Below, one piece after another: positions 25,019-39,343 of a stretch of 64,000 bases of DNA (within the stretch, counting starts at the first letter, position 1; the number at the start of each line of letters is the position of its first letter). Origin of the DNA: Octopus vulgaris (Eukaryota); contig OX597840.1 in the NCBI GenBank assembly GCA_951406725.2, forward strand, positions 8,866,001 to 8,930,000, written 5' to 3'. The notes below the pieces were generated by a model. The model did not search any database and was not told the DNA's origin. It saw nothing but the letters and a program-made list of their open reading frames with translations. The translations under genes were made by a program, and so were the position numbers.

Positions 25019-25280
25019 TATTAGAGAAAAACCATTATTATGTAATTCAAGCAATGATAGACGTAAAATATACCATATAGAAAAAATAAAATATATGATA
25101 TAACATTTACCTAGTTCACAATAAAGTACATAATAATAATAATAATAATAATATGTACTTTATTATTATTATGTACTTTATTGTGATCTAGGTAAATGTT
25201 TTTATCATATATTTAATTTTTTCTATATGGTATGTTTTACGTCTATCATTGTTTGAATTACATAATGCTTTTTCTCTAAT
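25019..25280. repeat. Long imperfect inverted repeat (about 115-bp arms)
   Basis: TTAGAGAAAAACCATTATTATGTAATTCAAGCAATGATAGACG... mirrored by ...CGTCTATCATTGTTTGAATTACATAATGCTTTTCTCTAA. Confidence 0.85.
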
Positions 25281-26434
25281 CTCTCTCTCTCTCTATATAT
25301 ATATATATTGTGAAGTGCCGGTGGTACATAAAAAGCACCATCCGAACGTGGCCGTTGCCAGCCTCGCCTGGCACGTAAAAAGCACCCACTACACTCACGG
25401 AGTGGTTGGCGTTAGGAAGGGCATCCAGCTGTAGAAACACTGCCAGATCAGACTGGACCCTGGTGCAGCCTTCTGGCTTCCCAGATCCCGGTCGAACTGT
25501 CCAACGCGTGCTCGCACGGAAAACGGAGGTTAAACGATAATGATGACTAAATTGAATTTTTCCCAGTAAGTTTGGAGTTATACTCCCTATAATTATTAAT
25601 ATTATTATTATATACACACACGCACATACAAGATGAAGTACAATCCAAGGAAGCTGGAGGTAGAGGTGTTCTACATCAACAAAACTTGTATTTTTGGGAA
25701 AAGGAGACAGAAAAAGATGAATTAAATGGTTGTGGTGGGTGGAGTTTCCACCCCAACATTAATTTCACTGTACTTGCTTCTTCCAAATGGAATATATATA
25801 TATATATATATATGTAAGTAGGTACTGCACTGGCATTCCATCGGTTCTGATGATGAGTGTTTCATTTGGTCTCATTAACAGAACAGCCTACTTATGAAAT
25901 TAATATGCGGATGGCTGAGTACTCCACAGACATACTCTCTTTTACTCTTTTACTTGTTTCAGTCATTTGACTGGAGCACCTGCCTTTAGTCGAGCAAATC
26001 GACCCCGGGACTTATTCTTTGTAAGCCCAGTACTTATTCTATCGGTCTCTTTTGCCGAACCGCTAAGTGACGGTTGTCAAGCGATGCTAGGGGGACAAAC
26101 ACAGACACACAAACACACATATACATACACATATACGACAGGCTTCTTTCAGTTTCCGTCTACCAAATCCACTCACAAGGCGTTGGTCGGCCCGAGGCTA
26201 TAGTAGAAGACACTTGCCCAAGGTGCCACGCAGTGGGGCTGAACCCTGAACCATGTGGTTGGTAAGTAAGCTACTTTTATTCATCGAATTTGCCATAAAG
26301 GCAGTACACAGATGTGGCTTTTGCGGGCTGGACGTAGACATTACCACACAGCCACTCCTGCGCATACATAAATATATTTGAAGATCTTCCTAAAAGTCAT
26401 TAATTATATAAAGAATGTTAAATAGAATTAAGTT

Positions 26435-26745
26435 GAGGTGCAATGGCTCAGTGGTTAGGGCAGCGGACTCGCGGTTGGAGGATTGCAATTTCAATTCCTA
26501 GACTGGGCATTGTGTGTGTTTATTGAGTGAAAACACCTAAAGCTCCCCAAGGCTCCGGCAGGGGGGGGGGGGCGACCCCTGTTGTAATCTTTCGCCCCAA
26601 CTTTCTCTCACTCTTTCTTCCTGTTTCTTGGGTAACGCTGCGATGGACTGGTGTCCCGTCCAGCTGGGGGGAACACATATGCCACAGAAACCGGGATACC
26701 GGGTCCATGAGCCTAGCTAGGCTTGAAAAGGGGCGGATAAATAAA
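26435..26745 (+). mobile_element. Family D tRNA-derived SINE with V-domain-like tail
   Basis: TGGCTCAGTGGTTAGGGCAGCGGACTCGCGG head, AAAACACCTAAAGCTCC middle, CTGCGATGGACTGGTGTCCCGTCCAG (resembles the V-SINE domain, from memory). Confidence 0.8.
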
Positions 26746-27798
26746 TGAAAAAAATAGAATGAAACTAAATTTTGGGAAGGGAGTTTCCATTCAAAAAACT
26801 TCTTAGGAAAATGTTTGTTTCATTCATCATCATCGTTTAACGTCCGTTTTCTGTGCTAGCATGGGTTGGACAGTTCGACCGGGGTCTGGGAAGCCAGGAG
26901 GCTGCACCAGGTTCCAGTCTGATCTGGCAGTGTTTCTACAGCTGGATGCCCTTCCTAACGCCAACCACTCCATGAGTGTAGTGGGTGCTTTTTATGTGCT
27001 ATCGGCACAGGTGCCAGGGGAGGCTGGCAACAGCCATGATCGGTTGGTGCTTTTTACGTGCCACCAGCACAGAAGCCAGTCATGGGGGCGCTGGAATCTG
27101 CCATGTTCGAATGGTGCTTTTTACATGCCACCGGCACAGGTGCCAGGGGAGGCTGGCAGCGGCCACAATCGGTTGGTGCTTTTTACGTGCCACCAGCACA
27201 GAAGCCAGTCAAGGCAGCGCTGGCATCGGCCACGTTCGGATGGTGCTTTTTACGTGCCACCAGCACAGAAGCCAGTCAAGGCAGCGCTGGCATCGGCCAC
27301 GTTCGGATGGTGCTTTTTACGCGCCACCGGCACAGGTATCACAACTACTATTTCCATTTGATATTTATTTCGATGTTCATGTACATGACTCAATAGGTCT
27401 CCTCAAGTACTCAAGCACTCTGCTGATGATTTTTTTAGATATAATTAATTTTTATTATAAGGAAAGTCTTTCTTCAAATATTGTGACTATAAAATAATTT
27501 TTAAAAAATACTTCTTTTAATAAAATAAACCATTCTCTGTCTCCTACTTAAAATGGACATACAGTAGGAAGCCAAAACATTCGGTAGTCATCTTGAGAAA
27601 GTATTTCACGGACATGAATTCTCAGGACAAATACCTCAGTGTTGTGGCTTTCTCACAGTACATGCACATCATGACACACACAACTCTATTCTCAACAAAT
27701 ACAGCTTCCATCGCTAATAATGAATATATCTACATACACACACACATACGTATATCTGTACGTATGTTTGTGTACATATACATATATACTATATATAT

Positions 27799-27972
27799 AG
27801 GCGCAGGAGTGGCTGTGTGGTAAGTAGCTTGTTTACCGACCACATGGTTCCGGGTTCAGTCCCACTGCGTGGCACCTTGGGCAAGTGTCTTCTACTATAG
27901 CCTCGGTCCGACCAAAGCCTTGTGAGTGGATTTGGTAGACGGAAACTGAAAGAAGCCTGTCGTGTATATATA

Positions 27973-28007
<35 letters not shown>

Positions 28008-28215
28008 GTTTGTGTGTCTGTGTTTGTCCCCCTAGCATTGCTTGACAACCGATGCTGGTGTGTTTACGTCCCCGTCACTTAGCGGTTCGGCAAAAGAGAC
28101 CGATAGAATAAGTACTGGGCTTACAAAAGAATAAGTCCCGGGTCGAGTTGCTCGATTAAAGGCGGTGCTCCAGCATGGCCGCAGTCAAATGACTGAAACA
28201 AGTAAAAGAGTAAAA
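27799..28215 (+). mobile_element. Full-length family A SINE
   Basis: GGCGCAGGAGTGGCTGTGTGG ... GAAACAAGTAAAAGAG. Confidence 0.92.
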
Positions 28216-29389
28216 GCTCTGTCTGGCCCCGTGTCGGTGGCACGTAAAAGCACCATCCGTTCGTGTCCGTTGCCAGCATCGCCTGGCCCCGTGCCGGTGA
28301 CACGTAAAAGCACCATCCGTTCGTGGCCGTTCGCCAGCTCTGTCTGGCACCTGTGCAGGTGGCACATAAAAAACACCCACTACACTCGCGGAGTGGTTGG
28401 CGTTAGGAAGGGCATCCAGCCGTAGAAACACTGCCAGATCTGACTGGGCCTGACGAAGCCTTCCAGCTTCACAGACCCCAGTTGACCCGTCCAACCCATG
28501 CTAGCATGGAAAGCGGACGCTAAATGATGATGATGATGATGATATATATAATAATAATAATAATAATAACTGTCCCCTCTGTGTTTAGCCCCTTGTGGGT
28601 AGTAAAGAAATAGGTATTGAGCCTTACAATGGAGAGGACAAAGGACTAAGGTATCTGGTGGCTGGCTGTACTGAAGGGGATTCGTCCACCACAGCAGAAT
28701 TGATATCGGTGCTGGTGCCATGTAAGAAGCACTGTTAATGGTGCCACATGAAAAGCACTGGTGCTGGCACCGTGTAATATGCACCCAGTACATACAGGAG
28801 AGTAAATAGCATTAGGAAGGGCATCCAGCCCTAGAAATCATGCCAGAACAAATAACAGAGGCTCCCGTGGCTGTTGGCCTTACCAGCAACTGTCAAACAG
28901 CCCAACCCATGCCAGCATAGAAAACAGACATCAAATGATGATGATGATGATGATCTGTGTGTGTGTGTGTGTGTGTGTGGTAATAAACCAAAGATTCGTC
29001 ATCATCATTTAATCCCTGCCTCCCATGGTTCAACAGGAGCCGGCCAGGCAGGATTTTTACAGTTGGATGCCCTTCATATATATATGCATGTGTGTGTCAT
29101 TATTATGGCATACATATATATGAGGGAACAACAAGAAACAGGTGTAAGCTGATGAAGATAACATAACTCTTGTTTCTTTGACATATGTTCTGTCCTCACC
29201 TTACATATGTATGTATGTCATTATTACGATGATCTCTGTATGTATGTGTATATATATATATATGTATGTATGTATGTATGTTACATAGCCAATCTGAAAG
29301 AAGCGGCCCAGGATAGAACTGACTGGAGGACACTGATCCAACGAGTAACCGAGAGTTGACTTCGACTGAGCGGTTAGAGAGAGATGTAT

Positions 29390-29820
29390 GTATTTCATTA
29401 TTCAGTTTATTTCATGATTTCTTGCCAATAGAGAAATAACTGGTTTCTAACCTAGATCCAAGGCTCCTTCATATGAATTTCAACAACAACAGGGTATTTT
29501 TGTTTGTATGTATGTATGTGCATGCATGTGTGTGTCTGTATGCATGTGCAGATTTGTATCTTTTATGTATATATTCTCATGCATATAGTTACATATCTAG
29601 ACATGTTCATATATATTTAAACGATAAACTTCTAGAAAATTTTACAGATTTTTACAGTTCCAATGATAGATTAGATCTGTAGTCTTCGAATTAGCTTTCT
29701 CCTTTCTGGTTTTGAGAAGCCTAATTTCTCAAGATTGGTATTTAGGCAGTGTGTTACATATCCCAGGGTCCCAATAATTACAGGTATAAACCTGAACTTG
29801 TAATGTGGGTGGAGTAGAGG
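29390..29820 (-). pseudogene. 3' fragment of a restriction-like-endonuclease LINE (R4/Dong-like)
   Basis: Minus strand YKFRFIPVIIGTLGYV...LEKLG...IRRLQI*SIIGTVKICK resembles the PVIIGxLG end of RLE-domain LINEs. Confidence 0.6.
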
Positions 29821-30168
29821 ACATATATGTATGTATGTGTGTATGTATGTATGTATCAATGCATGCATGTGTGTGTGCATACATATATTTCTGTGAGTGT
29901 TTGTATACATGCATTTATATATATATACTTTTCATAAGTTTTGAATCAGAATAAACAGTGCTGCCACCTGTGAACAAAGTCGCAATCATTTCAGATGAAG
30001 CCACTGCAACAGAAATCTGCTTGAGTAAACAAAATCGTGCCAAAGTTAAGTTTGATCAAATCAGATTTTCCTGTTTTAACAGAAACATCAACAAAAATTA
30101 TCTCTGCTCCCCATCAAATGTCACCAACAATTTATCATTGCATAAAATCTTTTTTAAAATTTTTGATG

Positions 30169-30735
30169 GGTGCAGGAGTGGCTGTGTGGTAAGTAGCTTG
30201 CTTACCAACCACATGGTTCCGGGTTCAGTCCCACTGCGTGAATCCTTCGGTAAGTGTCTTCTACTATAGCCTCGGGCCGACCAAAGCCTTGTGAGTAGAT
30301 TTGGTAGACGCAAACTGAAAGAAGCCCATCGTATATATGTAAGTGGCTGTGTGGTAAGTAGCTTGCTTACCAACCACATGGTACCGGGTTCAGTCCCACT
30401 GCGTGGAATCTTGGGCCAGTGTCTTCTACTATAGCTTCGGGCTGACCAAAGCCTTGTGAGTGGATTTGGTAGATGGAAACTGAAAGAAGCCTGTCATATA
30501 TATATACATATATATATATGTGTGTGTTTGTGTGTCTGTGTTTGTCCCCTCAACATTGCTTGACAACCGATGCTGGTGTGTGTACGTCCCCGTAACTTAG
30601 CAGTTTGGCAAAAGAGACCGATAGAATAAGTACTAGGCTTACAAAGAATAAGTTCTGGGGGTCGATTTGCTCGACTAAAGATGGTGCTCCAGCATAGCCA
30701 CAGTCACATGACTGAAACAAGTAAAAGAGTAAGAG
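30169..30735 (+). mobile_element. Family A SINE with duplicated head
   Basis: Two GTGGCTGTGTGGTAAG heads (about 30177 and 30343), one tail. Confidence 0.88.
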
Positions 30736-31164
30736 AGGATGATGTTAGGAAGTGATGTTGATGTTATCTCCATTTGCTCAAAAAAACATTGGGCAGTAAA
30801 AGTTCCATCTAACAACGAAAGTAATTAATTTCGGTGGTCAATCTGTTTCAGTTGTTTAACATCGAAGCTGGTGGCCTAAAGAATCTCTGAAATGAGATTT
30901 ACAGCTTCAGCCCATACTGGAGCTAATCCACATCATTCACGACCCTTACCAACCATGGCCCATGCAATGCATGGTTGTGCATGGCAGATATAAAATCTAG
31001 GGGTTGGTTCGTTTTACACTTATTATGCTCGAAACAGCACAAATTCTATCATGTTGTTCTAGTGATAACGCCAAAATCGCTGGGAATACAATGGGAGACA
31101 GGAATTGAGAATGGTAAAAATGATAGTATAAAGGGTTCCTTATGTTACTTGGAGAACCCTCTCT

Positions 31165-31920
31165 CTATCCGCTCAGTCGAAGTCGACTCTCGGTCACTCG
31201 TTGGATCAGTGTCCTCCAGTCAGTTCTATCCTGGGCCGCTTCTTTCAGATTGGCTATGTCCATTCCGGTATCACTCTTGATGGTGTCAAGCCAGCGGGTT
31301 CTTGGTCGGCCTCTTCCTCTCTTGCCACTGACCATTCCAAGCATGGTATCCTTCTTCAGTTATTTTCTCCACATTATATATATATATATCTGCTCAGTCG
31401 AAGTTGACTCTCGGTCACTCGATGGATCGGTGTCCTCCAGTCAGTTCTATCCTGGGCCGCTTCCTTCAGATTGGCTATGTCCATTCCAGTATCACTCTTG
31501 ATGGTGTCAAGCCAGCGGGTTCTTGGTCGGCCTCTTCCTCTCTTGCCACTGACCATTCCGAGCATGATGTCCTTCACCAGGGATTTTCTCTGCATAATAT
31601 GACCGAAATATGCCAATCTATGCTTGGTGATCCTAGCTTCTAGCGACATTTTCGGCCTGATCTGCTTAAGAACTTCTCCATTGGTCAGCCTTTTCCTCTC
31701 TTGCCATTGACCATTCCGAGCATGATGTCCTTTTCCGGAGATTTTCTCCGCATAATATGACTAAAATATGCCAATCTATGCTTGGTGATCCTAGCTTCTA
31801 GCGACATTTTCAGCCTGATCTGCTTAAGAACTTCTCCATTGGTGAGCCTCGCTGTCCATGGAATCCGTAAAAGTCTTCTCCAACACCAAAGCTCGAATGC
31901 ATTAATTCTCTTCTTGGAGA
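31165..31920 (-). mobile_element. RTE (BovB-like) LINE 3' ends, three stacked overlapping pieces
   Basis: RINAFELWCWRRLLRIPWTARLTN...LAYFGHIMQR...DIMLGMVSGKRGRGRPRTRWLD...AQDRTDWR...RVTES. Confidence 0.92.
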
Positions 31921-32783
31921 ACATAACAGCCAATATGATCTTCCAAGAAGTATCTCATTTAACAAACTTCGCAATATGATACAAAGACATATCAAAAGAT
32001 TGTTTTGAGGTCTCTGGAATGAGGAATGAACCATGAATGTTATACAGGGGCTGTCTGAATTTTAAGCAGGTTATTTAAATTTCTGGATTTAAAAAACATC
32101 TTCAAGAAGTTAGATATAATTTCAGACGCCAAGGAAAATAGAAAATTATTATTTTTTCATTGTTTTACATTTAAGTTTACTTATATTTCTAAAATATTCA
32201 GATACTTTGCTTCATGAATCACACAATTTTTATAATAACCATCCCTGGGGAAAGGGAGGGGTTGGAAAGATGCAGTGGGACGTTGAAGGAATATAGGGCA
32301 ATGATGGGGTGACCAAAATGGGGCAATGGGCGTAAAAAAACAAACAAAATAAAGAGTTAATTAGGTTAAGTTACATTTGTGAGTTAATTAGGTTAACTTT
32401 CATTTGTTGTTTTAAATTTGCTGCAGAAAATGGTTTATGTCTGTGATGGTGAATGGTGGTGGCGCTGCTGTTGTTGTTGTTAAGCAACTAGACGGGTAAG
32501 GGTGATTAGGTGATGGTCTAGGGCTTAGGGGCGGGAGACCCCAGACCTTGGAAAAACACAAAAAAAACTTAGGCCGTCTTGTTGTAGTCGAGGGCTCTTC
32601 ATTGACGCCTGACACCACTGGGATGTGGCCCTCGAAGTCGCTGGAAATGGAGATCTCCAGGTCCAAATTCTTGAACGGCTTGTGGTGGTGCTGGTGGTAG
32701 GGGTGCACTGGGAATGTGGCCTTAGAACCAAGCGGGTAGCAGCCTGGAAAAGTTTGGGAACCACTGGTTTATAGCAAGTAGCC

Positions 32784-33070
32784 ATGCCACGAACATCAGA
32801 AGCAAAAGACTTGTCTGATTACCAAAGAGGGTGTATTGTGGGTGAATCTGAGAGTGGACTCAGCTTGGCTGGGTGAGACTCACGAAACCATGGGATTCTT
32901 GCCACGGTCAACAGAGGGACTGAACAATTCAACAGCAAAGGAAATGAATTTTTAAAAAAACAGTCTGGCTCAGGTCGACCTGGGCCCTTTGGCAGGGTGC
33001 CTTTGGGCTGTCAAGCAGACTGTTGAGAATAATCTCCGTTCTAAGGAAGCTGATGTTGCACAGCAATTCT
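32784..33070 (+). pseudogene. Tc1-like transposase N-terminal fragment
   Basis: MPRTSEAKDLSDYQRGCIVG..., then a SG(S)GRPG-like motif; frameshifted; no TIRs seen. Confidence 0.55.
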
Positions 33071-33436
33071 TTGATGAGCCAGAGTACTTCTGTGAGGTGT
33101 CTTCATCATCTTGGTTACTATGGCAGAGCAGTTTGAAGGAAACCTCTTCTTTGACAAACAAATAGCCAAAGAAGAAACGAGAAATAAACCTTTCAAAAAT
33201 GATGGTCTCTTTTGAGATGTGTATCTATGCCATATATGTATGTCTGCATATGTATGTATGTATATATATATAATGATAAATCTCAGAGCTAGTTATAAAC
33301 AGTAGCGGTAACACATCGTGACGCATATTTGCCATTTGAATATGGCTAACCCCTAAGGGTGGATGCTACTGTAGTTTGTAGCCCCAGGAAGATATCTTCT
33401 CCAGCTGGCTATAGACACATATTACTTTATATAATG

Positions 33437-33668
33437 AAGGCAGCGAGCTGGCAGAACCGTTAGCACGCCGAGCGAAATACTTAGTGGTATTTCGTCTGTA
33501 GTTACGTTCCGAGTTAAAATTCCGCTGAGGTCGACTCTGCCTTTCATCCTTTCGAGGTTGATAGATAAAGTACCAGTTTTGCACTGGGGTCGATGTAATC
33601 GACTTAATCCCATTGTCTGTCCTTGTTTGTCCCCTCTATGTTTAGCCCCTTGCGGGCAATAAAGAAAT
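33437..33668 (+). mobile_element. Family C SINE with about 17-bp TSD
   Basis: ATATTACTTTATATAAT on both sides (about 33419-33435 and 33675-33691). Confidence 0.9.
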
Positions 33669-34284
33669 ATATATATATTACTTTATATAATTAGAGTTCA
33701 GCAAAAAAATTTGCTTTACCACACACCGAACTTTTAGAAATAGCAGCCAAAGAATTTAGCTATTTTTCCTACTATAAGAAGAGTCTCCCAGACAATGTAT
33801 ACTCAAAAACAATTCACGTAGGTATAGAGGGAAACACAACGAAAGATCACTCGTACATCGATTACTTGAGAACCCATTTCTGGGTTAGTTAGATACAGAG
33901 ATGCTAGAAATACATACCTATTCCAACATTCCTGTCATCAGCCCAAGATTTCGTTAATTTTAAATTTGAGAGCACTAAAAATTGAACATACCCCATCTGT
34001 ATGTATATATATATATATATATGACAGTCCCTTTGTAGAGAGTACTGTATATATTTTTCATGACCCCAACATTAGTGAGGTTACCATATAAATCAGAGGA
34101 GTAAAGAGCCCTCATTGAAGGAGTGGGAGTATAGTAGAGAAACAAGTGAAGTGGCTTTATGTTTAGTGTTGGGAGTTTAACCCTTTTGTTACCAAGAACA
34201 TGAAACAAGAGACCAATAAACTAATTATGACTGCTTAGGAACAAGCCATTTAAATGAATCTTATAAAGGCAAAGAGCAATGAAA

Positions 34285-34790
34285 CTCAGTCAGACAACTA
34301 ATGTGGAATCTGTAGGAAAGGAGATGAAAGTATCAGTCACCTCTTGAGTGAGTGCAGTGCACTAGCACAAAAGGAGTATAAGCACAGACACATTGGGTAG
34401 GTAGAAGAGTGTATTGGGCTGTTAGCTGAGTGTTTTGCTTCAAAATAACCGGAAAATGGTATGAGTCCAAACCAGGGGTTGTGACTGAAAATGAGAACTG
34501 CAAGAACTTTTGGAATTTCCCATAAAGACAGACCATACTACTGAAGTAGTAAGACCATATATGTTTATTAGAGAGGACAAAATAAGCAGTGTAAGATCAT
34601 AGGTTTTGTGATTGTCTGAAATAAAAGTTGATACTAAAGAAATTTTCTTTTCAAAGTGAAAAATATCAAGAGTTAGCCAGAGAGCTGAAGAAACTGTAGA
34701 AGACTAAGACACCAATTATACGCATGGTGATTGGTGCTCGTGGCACAACACCCAGGAGGTTGCCAAGTGCACCTGAAGGATTGAAAGAGG
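34285..34790 (+). pseudogene. R4/Dong-clade LINE fragment (CCHC knuckle plus restriction-like endonuclease)
   Basis: CGICRKGDESISHLLSECSALAQKEYKHRH...KWYESKPGVVTENENCK.FWNF..TDH...RP...EKYQELARELKKL...MVIGARG, with frameshifts. Confidence 0.85.
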
Positions 34791-34794
34791 TTCT

Positions 34795-36232
34795 TAATTT
34801 ATTGAGCCCAAAAGGATAAAAGGCAAAGTCAACCATGGCAGAATCTGAACTCAGAACATAGTGGCAGACAAAATACTTATTTCTTTATTGCCCACAAGGG
34901 GCTAAACACAGAGGGGACAAACAAGGACAGACAAAGGGATTAAGTTGATTACATCAACCCCAGTGCGTAACTGGTACTTAATTTATCGACCCCAAAAGGA
35001 TAAAAGGCAAAGTCAACCATGGCAGAATTTGAACTCAGAACATAGTGGCAGACAAAATACCTATTTCTTTATTGCCCACAAGGGGCTAAACACAGAGGGG
35101 GCAAACAAGGACAGACAAAGGGATTAAGTTGATTACATCAACCCCAGTGCGTAACTGGTACTTAATTTATCGACCCCGAAAGGATGGCAGATGAAATACT
35201 GCTAAGCATTTCGCTTGGCGTGCTAACAATTCTACCACCTCACCACCTTAATAATAATAATAATAATAATAATAAAAATAATCCTTTCTACTATAGACAC
35301 AAGGCCTATTTTCTGTGTTGAAGGACAGTCAATCACATCGATTCCAGTACTCAATTGGTACTTAATTTATCGACCCCCGAAAGGATAAAAGGCAAAGTTG
35401 ACCTCGGTGGAATTTGAACTCAGAATGTAGTGGCAGATGAAATACTTCTAAGTATTTCACCTGGCATGCTAGCGATTCTACCAGCTTGCAGCCTTAATAA
35501 TAATAATAATTCTTTCTACCGGAATCACAAGGCCTTAAATTTGGGGGAAGAGATGAAGTCGATTACCTCAACCCCAGTTTGTTCCTTCTCGAGCCATGCC
35601 TGGCTCATAAGGGCCGGTTTCTCGGGTTTCCTTGGCGTATAGGTTCCCCACCTGGACGGGACACCGGTCCGTCGCAGGTGAGCTGCAAGATACAGGAGGA
35701 AAGAGTGAGAGAAAGTTGTGGTGAAAGAGTCAGCAGAAGCTCACCACTACCTTCTGCTGGAGCCGCATAGAGCTTAGGTGTTTCACTCATAAACACACAC
35801 ATCGCCTGGTCTGAGATTCGAACCCACGATCCTTCAACCGCGAGCCCGCTGCTCTAACCACTAGGCTAACTGGTACTTATTTAATCGACCCTGATAGGAT
35901 GAAAGGCAAAGTCAAACTTGGCGGAATTTGAACTCAGAATGTGCTAATGGTTCAGCCAGTTTGCCACCTTAATAACAACAACAATGGTAATAATAATAAT
36001 GATAATAATAATAATAATGGTTTCAAATTTTGCCACAAGAGCAGCCATTTTTAGGAAGGGGGTGAGTCGATTATATCGACCCCAGTGTTTCACTGGTACT
36101 TAATTTATTGACCCTGAAAGGACGAAAGGCAAAGTAGACCTTGGTGGAATTTGAACTCAGAACGTGAAGACAGACGAAATACTGCTAAGCATTTTGCCTG
36201 GTGTGTTAACGATTCTGCCAGCTTGCCACCTT
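34795..36232 (-). mobile_element. Cluster of about six family C SINE copies separated by (AAT)n, with a nested family D SINE (about 35580-35866)
   Basis: Repeated AAAGGCAAAGT..ACC...GGAATTTGAACTCAGAA. The D copy splits ACCCCAGT|...AACTGGTAC. Confidence 0.85.
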
Positions 36233-36961
36233 AACAACAACAACAATAATAATAATAATAGTAATAATAATAATAATAATAGTAATAATATTAATAATAG
36301 TAATAATAATAATAAATGACAAAAATAGAATGGATTTTTACATCAAATAATAAAAGAGAAATCTTTTAATGAGGGGTCAAAATTCATAGGTAAGAACCAC
36401 TGCAGCAGAGGGTCATTTGTTGGCAGGGATCATTACAGGTAAGGGCCATTGTCATCTGAATAAATTGTGGCCAGGCAAAGCAGAATGGACAAAGAAAAAT
36501 AGTAAGATGGTGGTGATGGTGATGATGATGATGATGATAAGGAGGAAGAGGATTTATTTTGATAAAAGCTCGGATTTTTTGCAAGGGACAAGGAGGAGGA
36601 GGAGGAGGATAAAAAAGTAAATAAAAGTATTGTTTGATAATTCTTGATTTATTACGGAATTCCATCTTTGAGAAGTAAAAAAACAGAGGTGGTGGTGGTG
36701 GGGGCGAAGTGGAGGAAGAGGAGAAGGAGGAGGGGGTAGCAAAGTTCGTCCATTGCTGGAATTTGAACTCAAAACAGAAGGCAACAATGAAAACAACAGA
36801 ACGTCCGGAAATTTTTGTGGGGGGTGGTTAGGAGGATGTGGGGGGTGGGAACTGTGTGTGTGTATCGACCCCAGTACGTAACTGGTACCAGACTGTCTAT
36901 CAGAGGAGGAACAGTCTCTCTGTATCTCCATATTTACATATATATATATATATGCATATAT

Positions 36962-37008
<47 letters not shown>

Positions 37009-37054
37009 CACTGACCCCAGTACATAACTGGTACCAGACTGTCTCTTTCTATCT

Positions 37055-37091
<37 letters not shown>

Positions 37092-37192
37092 TATATATAT
37101 ACACACACACACATATATATATATACACCGACCCCAGTACGTAACTGGTACCAGACTGTCTCTCAGACGAGGAACAGTCTCTCTCTATCTCC

Positions 37193-37297
<105 letters not shown>

Positions 37298-37499
37298 GAC
37301 CCCAGTACGTAACTGGTACTTAGTCTGCCAGAAGAATGCCAGGCAACGAAGTCAGCCACTGCAGGATTTTAATATCGGAACGTTGCAGTGCAAAGCAACA
37401 AAAGACTGCAAAGTATTTATTTTGTCCACCATTCTGGTTCTGCCAACCCAAGACACACATTTCGTTTGGCAGCAATTTTACCTTTGCCATTCACTACCA

Positions 37500-37546
37500 C
37501 TACACGGATAATGATAATAATAATAATAATAATAACAATGATGATG

Positions 37547-37598
<52 letters not shown>

Positions 37599-37601
37599 TA
37601 A

Positions 37602-37634
<33 letters not shown>

Positions 37635-37900
37635 AAGAAGAAGAATAAGAATTCTTTCTACTATAGGTACAAGGCCTGAAATTTGGGGGCAAAGACTAGT
37701 CAACTGTACTGACCCCACACCAGTGTTTCACTGGTATTCAATTTATTGACCGCCGAAAGGATGAAAGGCAGAATTTGAACCCAGAACGTAGTGACAGACG
37801 AAAATACTGCTAAGCATTTCACCGGGCATGCTAACGATTCTGCCAGTTCACCACCTTCATAATAATAATAATAATAATGATGATGATGATGATGATGATG

Positions 37901-37958
<58 letters not shown>

Positions 37959-38215
37959 TAAAATAATAATAATAATAATAATAATAATGAGAAGAAGAAG
38001 AATAAGAATTCTTTCTACTATAGGTACAAGGCGTGAAATTTGGGGGCAAAGACTAGTCAACTGTATTGACCCCACACCAGTGTTTCACTGGTATTCAATT
38101 TATTGACCGCCGAAAGGATGAAAAGCAGAATTTGAACCCAGAACGTAGTGACAGACGAAAATACTGCTAAGCATTTCACCGGGCATGCTAACGATTCTGC
38201 CAGTTCACCACCTAA
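37500..38215. repeat. Tandem duplication (about 357 bp) of (AAT)n plus family C SINE
   Basis: Two near-identical blocks; duplicated ORF translations in the track. Confidence 0.9.
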
Positions 38216-38710
38216 TAATATAATAATAATAATAATAATGATGATGATGATGATGATGATGAGGATAATTGTTGCTTCTACTGGCCACAAGGTCTCTTGG
38301 TGTTGAGGACAGCACGATAAAGCAAAATGCAAAAAAAAAAAAGAGTAACATGCAACAGTGTGGAGAGGTAGGATGGGTGGGCATGGGGAGAGCTGAGGTT
38401 TGTTGCATGGGGGGGGGGGAGGAAGAGGAAGAGGAGGAGGGGGGGGAGATCAACAATAACAATGGGGAAGTAATGATTGTCACTGCTGTTGTTGTTGTTG
38501 TTGTTGCTGCTGATGTTGTTTTTAGAGGGTTTTTAGCTGCCAAAACTTTCACTGGAAATTGAAACCCAAATTGCATCTTTGGTTTGCAAGAACCTTGCTT
38601 CTATCACCACCTGTGGCTGGCTTTCTTCCTTTTATCACCACATACTACTACTACTACTACTAATAATAATAATAATAATACATAATAATAATAATAATAG
38701 CAATAATAAT

Positions 38711-39343
38711 AATAATAATAGTAATAATAATGATAATAATAATAATAATAATAGTAATAATGATAATAGTAATAATAATAGTAATAATAATGATAATAAT
38801 AATAATAATAATAGTAATAATGATAATAGTAATAATAATAGTAATAATAATGATAATAATAATAATAATAATAGTAATAATGATAATAGTAATAATAATA
38901 GTAATAATAATGATAATAATAATAATAATAATAGTAATAATGATAATAGTAATAATAATAGTAATAATAATGATAATAATAATAATAATAATAGTAATAA
39001 TGATAATAGTAATAATAATAGTAATAATAATGATAATAATAATAATAATAATAGTAATAATGATAATAGTAATAATAATAGTAATAATAATGATAATAAT
39101 AATAATAATAATAGTAATAATGATAATAGTAATAATAATAGTAATAATAATGATAATAATAATAATAATAATAGTAATAATGATAATAGTAATAATAATA
39201 GTAATAATAATGATAATAATAATAATAATAATAGTAATAATGATAATAGTAATAATAATAGTAATAATAATGATAATAATAATAATAATAATAGTAATAA
39301 TGATAATAGTAATAATAATAGTAATAATAATGATAATAATAAT
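38711..39343. repeat. Perfect 60-bp higher-order minisatellite of AAT/AGT/GAT triplets (about 10.5 copies)
   Basis: The nine 60-nt lines from 38761 to 39300 are identical. Confidence 0.97.

Noticed and set aside
32412-32770. Minus-strand ORF (PFKNLDLEISISSDFEGHIP...) next to a hAT-like end CAGTGGTTCCCAAACT
   Set aside because: Protein not recognised, and only one TIR-like end found, so neither a gene nor an element can be supported.
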